Assembly: GCA_045863295.1 (NCBI GenBank)
Contig: BTWA01000001.1
Span: forward strand, 212,337 to 276,336
DNA from: Candidatus Hydrogenedentota bacterium
GTDB taxonomy: Bacteria > Hydrogenedentota > Hydrogenedentia > Hydrogenedentales > SLHB01
DNA: 64,000 bases
Reading direction: 5' to 3'
The position numbers were made by a program, and so were the translations under genes. The first letter of the stretch is position 1, and each line of letters starts with the position of its first letter. Below the pieces are notes generated by a model that worked only from the letters and a program-made list of their open reading frames with translations, did no database searches and was not told the DNA's origin. Below, one piece after another: positions 59,330 through 64,000 of the stretch.

Positions 59330-61081
59330 ATGGCAGTGGTACGCGACAGACAACTTGGCGACATGCTCGTAGACATGGGCGTGATCAGTCCGCTTGAACT
59401 TGACGAAGCGTTGCAGCGGCAACGGCTCACGGGCGAGATGCTGGGCCGTGTGCTGGTCAAGATGGGGCTGTGCGACGAGCAGGACGTGGTCGATGCGCTG
59501 GGCATGCAACAGGGCATGGAGCGGATCGACGTCACCAAGTTGAAGGTGGGTGACGATGTCCTGAGCAAAATTCCGGCGGACGTGGCGAAGTTCTACATGG
59601 TGGCGCCGGTTCGTTTCAAAGACGGACGTTTGGTGGTTGCGCTGGCGAATCCGCTCGATCTGTCCGTGGTGGACGAGTTGCAGCGCGTGACGGGATTGCA
59701 TATTCAGGGCGCGATCAGCAATGAGGCGGAAGTCGCGCAATTCATCAAATCGAATTATTCCTTCGAAGCGGATTCCATTCAGGAGACGTTGAAGAATCTG
59801 ATCGAACGGGTGGGCGAACGCGAGCTGACGATGGAAGAACTGGGCACGCAGGAAATTGTCGGCGACGTCGACAATCTGGTGCAGTTGGCCCAGGAACCCG
59901 ATGTCATCAAGATCGTAAATCTGGTGTTGCTTGACGCGGTGACGCGGCGGGCATCGGATATTCACTTCGAGACCTACGAAGAGGATTTCCGCATTCGCAT
60001 CCGCATTGACGGCGTGTTGCAGGAAGTGACGAGTCCGCCCAAGGGCATGTCCTTGGCGCTGGTATCCCGCGTCAAGGTCATGTGCAGTATGGACATTGGC
60101 GAGCGGCGGCTGCCGCAGGACGCGCGCATTGACTTGAAGATTGGCGATTCGGAAGTGGACATCCGCGTTGCGACCTTGCCGACGTTGTACGGCGAAAACG
60201 TCGTGATGCGTATTTTGGACAAGACTTCGGTGAAAGCGGATCTGGAAAAGATTGGCATTCATCCCGCGACGTTGAAGAAGATTAAGAACGTTATTGCCAA
60301 GCCGAACGGGATTTTTCTCGTGACCGGCCCCACCGGATCGGGCAAGACGACGACGCTGTATTCCTGTCTTAATGACTTGAACCAGGTGGGCGTGAAGATC
60401 ATTACGACCGAAGACCCGGTGGAATTACAGATCGACCGGATTGTGCAGGTTCAGGTACGCGAGGAAGTGGGACTGACGTTCGCGGCGTGCCTCCGGTCCA
60501 TCCTCCGGCAGGACCCGGACATTGTGATGGTGGGTGAAATCCGCGACTTGGAGACGGCGCAAATCGCCGTCGAGGCGTCGCTCACGGGCCACTTGGTGCT
60601 GAGCACCTTGCACACGAACAGCGCGCCGGAAACGATCACGCGTTTGCTTGATATGGATTTGGAACCGTTCTTGATCGTGTCCTCGCTGGAGGCGATTTTG
60701 GCGCAGCGGCTGGTGCGCACGTTGTGCCGGTATTGCCGCGAGAAATACCGTCCCGACGACGAAGAGATGGACTTGCTGGGGCTTCCCGACAGTTGGCGCA
60801 AAGATCCGGGGCTTGGGTTCTTCAAGCCGGTGGGGTGTCCCGCGTGCGACTATATCGGATATCAGGGCCGCGTGGGTCTGTTTGAAATGCTTGCGGTGGA
60901 CGAGACGATCAAGGATTTGATTTTGAATCGCGCGATGGCCTTCGAGATCCGCGCGCATGCGCGCAAGGCCCTGGGCATGCGCACCCTGCGCGAAGAGGGA
61001 CTGATCAAGTGCGCGCAAGGCATCACAAGCGCGGCGGAGATTCTGGCGCATACGGACAAGTTTGACGACGACTTGGTTTAA
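59330..61081 (+). CDS. pilB: Type IV pilus assembly ATPase (PilB/GspE family), copy 2
   Basis: RQLGDMLV MshEN-like motif, ASDIHFE, GPTGSGKTT, LRQDPD, CRYC..CPAC. Confidence 0.9.
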   Translation: MAVVRDRQLGDMLVDMGVISPLELDEALQRQRLTGEMLGRVLVKMGLCDEQDVVDALGMQQGMERIDVTKLKVGDDVLSKIPADVAKFYMVAPVRFKDGRLVVALANPLDLSVVDELQRVTGLHIQGAISNEAEVAQFIKSNYSFEADSIQETLKNLIERVGERELTMEELGTQEIVGDVDNLVQLAQEPDVIKIVNLVLLDAVTRRASDIHFETYEEDFRIRIRIDGVLQEVTSPPKGMSLALVSRVKVMCSMDIGERRLPQDARIDLKIGDSEVDIRVATLPTLYGENVVMRILDKTSVKADLEKIGIHPATLKKIKNVIAKPNGIFLVTGPTGSGKTTTLYSCLNDLNQVGVKIITTEDPVELQIDRIVQVQVREEVGLTFAACLRSILRQDPDIVMVGEIRDLETAQIAVEASLTGHLVLSTLHTNSAPETITRLLDMDLEPFLIVSSLEAILAQRLVRTLCRYCREKYRPDDEEMDLLGLPDSWRKDPGLGFFKPVGCPACDYIGYQGRVGLFEMLAVDETIKDLILNRAMAFEIRAHARKALGMRTLREEGLIKCAQGITSAAEILAHTDKFDDDLV

Positions 61082-61187
61082 TCGTAGCTGGTCTGGCGGC
61101 CGGCCGATGGATGAATTGGCGGATAGTGCGCGGCGCGTCGGCCGGCATTAATCCGGATTCCCCGGAAGGGGAATGAGGAGACGAACG

Positions 61188-62426
61188 GTGCCGAAGTTTG
61201 CATACAAAGCCATGGACAAACAGGGCAAGCCGATTTTCGGGGTGATCGAAGCCGAGAATCAGGCCCTGGCGATCAACGACGTTCGCAACCTGGGTTTGTA
61301 TCCGACGACCATCCGCGAGGCGCGCAAGAGCGACGAAAAGCGCGCGCGCAAGAAGAAGGGCGGCGTCAACGAGCTTTATTTCGGCGGCGTGAAGACGAAG
61401 CAGATCGTGGTGATGACCCGTCAGCTCGCCACGCTGATCGACGCGGGCCTTCCGCTGTTGCGCAGCATTAACGTGCTAATCGCGCAGCAGAAGCCCTCCA
61501 AACTGAAAGACATTTTGCGGGACATTTCGGCGGACATTCAGTCCGGTACGACGTTTTCCGAGGCGTTGGCGAAGCATCCGAAGCAGTTCGACCGCTTGTT
61601 TGTGAACATGGTTCGCGCGGGTGAGGTCGGCGGTATGCTGGAAGTGGTGTTGAACCGGCTTGCGATTTTCATGGAACGCCGCCAAGCGCTGAAACGGCGC
61701 GTGCGCGGCGCGATGATTTATCCGGTTTGCGTCGTCATATTCGCGGCGGGCATCGTGTTGTTCTTGTTGTCGTTCGTGGTGCCCCAGTTCGCGGAAGTGT
61801 TTTCCGATTTCGGCGCGAAGTTGCCGTGGATGACGCAGTTTTTGATTCAGTGCGGCGATTTCGTGAAGTACAAGTGGTGGCAGATGGCGTTGTGGTTCAA
61901 CGGGACCATCATCACACTGAAGGTCATGTCCAAGATCAAGACGGTGAAGCGGATCATGGATCGCGTGGTGCTCAAGCTGCCGCTGGTCGGCGACCTGGTG
62001 ACCAAGGTGTCCGTGGCGCGTTTTGCCCGTACGCTGGGAACGCTGATCACGTCCGGCGTGCCGATTCTTCAGTCGTTGCGCATCACCAAGGAAACGATCG
62101 GCAACGAAGTGATTGAGAACGCGATTCAAAAGGTGCACGACAGCATCAAGGAAGGCGATACCATCGCGGCGCCGCTCGACGAGGCGAAAGTGTTCCCCGC
62201 CATGGTGGTGAACATGATCGACGTTGGCGAGGAAACCGGCGCGCTCGACGCGATGTTGATGAAAGTGGCGGATATTTACGACGCGGAAGTCGAGGAAGCC
62301 GTGGAGACGATGTTGCGGATGATGGAACCCGCGATCATCATTTTCCTGGGCGGCATCATCGGGTTCATCGTCATTGCCTTGTATTTGCCGATATTCACAC
62401 TGGCCGACGTTATCAGCGGCCAGTAA
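61188..62426 (+). CDS. pilC: Type IV pilus platform protein
   Basis: PKFAYKA, TRQLATLIDAGLPL, AGEVGG, GEETGALD, MEP; alternative ATG at 61173. Confidence 0.93.
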   Translation: MPKFAYKAMDKQGKPIFGVIEAENQALAINDVRNLGLYPTTIREARKSDEKRARKKKGGVNELYFGGVKTKQIVVMTRQLATLIDAGLPLLRSINVLIAQQKPSKLKDILRDISADIQSGTTFSEALAKHPKQFDRLFVNMVRAGEVGGMLEVVLNRLAIFMERRQALKRRVRGAMIYPVCVVIFAAGIVLFLLSFVVPQFAEVFSDFGAKLPWMTQFLIQCGDFVKYKWWQMALWFNGTIITLKVMSKIKTVKRIMDRVVLKLPLVGDLVTKVSVARFARTLGTLITSGVPILQSLRITKETIGNEVIENAIQKVHDSIKEGDTIAAPLDEAKVFPAMVVNMIDVGEETGALDAMLMKVADIYDAEVEEAVETMLRMMEPAIIIFLGGIIGFIVIALYLPIFTLADVISGQ

Positions 62427-62537
62427 AGATGCGGCGCCGGGGTTGTACCCCGGCGGACGAAGCAACGGAACTCATCCGCATCGGGGCGGAGAACGCAGAC
62501 GGGATCGATGCCGGCAGGCGGCGACCCGCAGGAGTGT

Positions 62538-63305
62538 ATGGACATGAGGCGCAACGCAGGCTTTACACTGGTGGAGTTGCTGGTGGTCGTGGCCATCATC
62601 GCGATTCTTGCGGGCATCGTTCTGCCACGGGTGGGGCCCTACATTGCCAACGCGCGCAAGGCGAAGGCTCTTTCGGAAATTCGCAGTGCCGAGACGTCGC
62701 TGCAGAAGATGCTGACCGATGCCAATCGCGACAGTTTTGCAGGGAACCGGTTTTTCGAGAATGGAGCAGACCTGGCCGCGATTGCAGCGGGGAGCGATCA
62801 GGATAAAGCGCTCGCGGTATCCTTATATTCGGAAGCATTTTACATACTGCTAAAGCAGGGCCGTTTTGCTGATGGCAAGCTACCGATGATTCCAACGACA
62901 GGTGAACCTCTGAAACTCCACACAGATGTAGTCAACAAACTTGGGACCTCCTATATGGATTTGGCCGCCGATCCATGGGGGCAGCTGTACCAGTTTTTCC
63001 CGGGCCCATGGCAAATTCCGGATGAGGTGCCTTTCCGGATCTTCAAGCCTGATCTGAATATTCCTGGTGGCCCGGTTAGCGATCCCAAATCAGAGCCAGA
63101 ATTGGATGTCGAAGGCAATCCGACGGGAAATACTGTTGGTTATCCCGCGCCCCGCGACTTGACGATCTATATTTGGTCGCGCGGCGCGAATCTGGATTCC
63201 AATCAGGCGTTCAACGATCCCGGCGATTCGCCCGATTATCAGGGTGGCGGCGACGACATTAACAATTGGGACAAGGATCAGAGTTACTCGGTCTTTTATA
63301 ACTAG
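62538..63305 (+). CDS. Large type IV pilin / GspG-like pseudopilin
   Basis: G|FTLVELLVVVAIIAIL; DPWG and IWSRGAN..GGDDINNW; AGGAG RBS. Confidence 0.88.
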   Translation: MDMRRNAGFTLVELLVVVAIIAILAGIVLPRVGPYIANARKAKALSEIRSAETSLQKMLTDANRDSFAGNRFFENGADLAAIAAGSDQDKALAVSLYSEAFYILLKQGRFADGKLPMIPTTGEPLKLHTDVVNKLGTSYMDLAADPWGQLYQFFPGPWQIPDEVPFRIFKPDLNIPGGPVSDPKSEPELDVEGNPTGNTVGYPAPRDLTIYIWSRGANLDSNQAFNDPGDSPDYQGGGDDINNWDKDQSYSVFYN

Positions 63306-63537
63306 TCGTATTTGATGGATCCGGCGTGGAGTGCTGGAGGTGCTAGAAGATCGAATACGTGCGATGGATGGAAACGATGCGGTAACGTCCGGGTAGCCTG
63401 TATGGGGACAGGCCTCCCATGGGCTTGTTGAACAAGTTGATTCGCGGCGGCTCGGGTCGCGCAAAGTTGGAAGACAGCGGGTACAATAGAGAGGGGTTGG
63501 GGCTCTTCTCTAGGTGTAACCTCAGGAGTGATTCAAC

Positions 63538-64000
63538 GTGAATCGCCGGCAGTGGTTTTGTTCCCGAGCGGCCGCGGAGGCGCGTCAAGGCGCGGCGAAG
63601 CGTCGCACGGGGGCACGGGCATACACCTTGGTGGAACTGCTCGTCGTGGTCGCCATCGGGGTGTTGTTGCTCGGAATATCCGTGCCGGCGTTCGTGCGCA
63701 TTGTGTCGGCGGGCAACAACGATCCGCAGAATGGGGCGCGCGAGTTGTTTACCCTGTTGCGTGCGGCGCGTCAATACGCCATTACCAACCGGGTGCCCTG
63801 CGCGGTCGTCTATTCCACCCAACGCCAGTTGGTGGATTCCGCCACCAACGATTGCGCGCGCGTGGCGGACACCTATGCGCTGGCGCGCGGTTTGAACGAC
63901 CGCGAGTTCAGCCAGATGGCTCCGGCGCTGGCGACGTTGCGCTACGCCGACAACACGTTCCGCTATGCCGATCCGGTGAGCATTCGCAATTTGTTTTTCG
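63538..64000 (+). CDS. Minor pilin (FimT/GspH-like), cut by window edge; absent from the ORF track
   Basis: AGGAG then GTG; reads VNRRQWF...RA|YTLVELLVVVAIGVLLLGISVPAF...LRAARQYAI, open to the end. Confidence 0.8.
   Translation, partial: MNRRQWFCSRAAAEARQGAAKRRTGARAYTLVELLVVVAIGVLLLGISVPAFVRIVSAGNNDPQNGARELFTLLRAARQYAITNRVPCAVVYSTQRQLVDSATNDCARVADTYALARGLNDREFSQMAPALATLRYADNTFRYADPVSIRNLFF

Overview
GC-rich bacterial chromosomal window, almost fully coding and mostly on the + strand. Gene content (CFI-box-CTERM proteins, pilB-pilT-pilB-pilC) suggests a PVC/FCB-adjacent diderm lineage such as Candidatus Hydrogenedentota; this is inference only. The first ~34 kb is housekeeping: ilvN-ilvC, a Zn-ribbon protein, accD-folC, mreBCD-mrdA-rodA-DUF2344-rng, a TMEM260/DUF2723-like glycosyltransferase, HU, pyrR-pyrB, a ribose-type ABC transporter, a PIG-L deacetylase, a lytic transglycosylase and an MFS transporter. 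From 34.7 kb on it is a cell-surface/secretion locus: two large exported proteins with CFI-box-CTERM-type sorting domains, a type II secretion operon (gspC-M), and a type IV pilus-like operon running off the right edge. Best leads: (i) an ORF that looks like a self-processing polyprotein (signal peptide, Zn-less matrixin-like domain, internal CFI-box, TM, second signal peptide, prodomain-like module); (ii) CFI-box proteins directly upstream of the T2SS as possible cargo; (iii) structured leaders before the giant surface protein and gspC; (iv) a PyrR lacking RNA-binding residues behind a leader-ORF/terminator attenuator; (v) a Ser/Met-repeat insert in one PilB. No rRNA, tRNA, CRISPR array or transposase was recognised.
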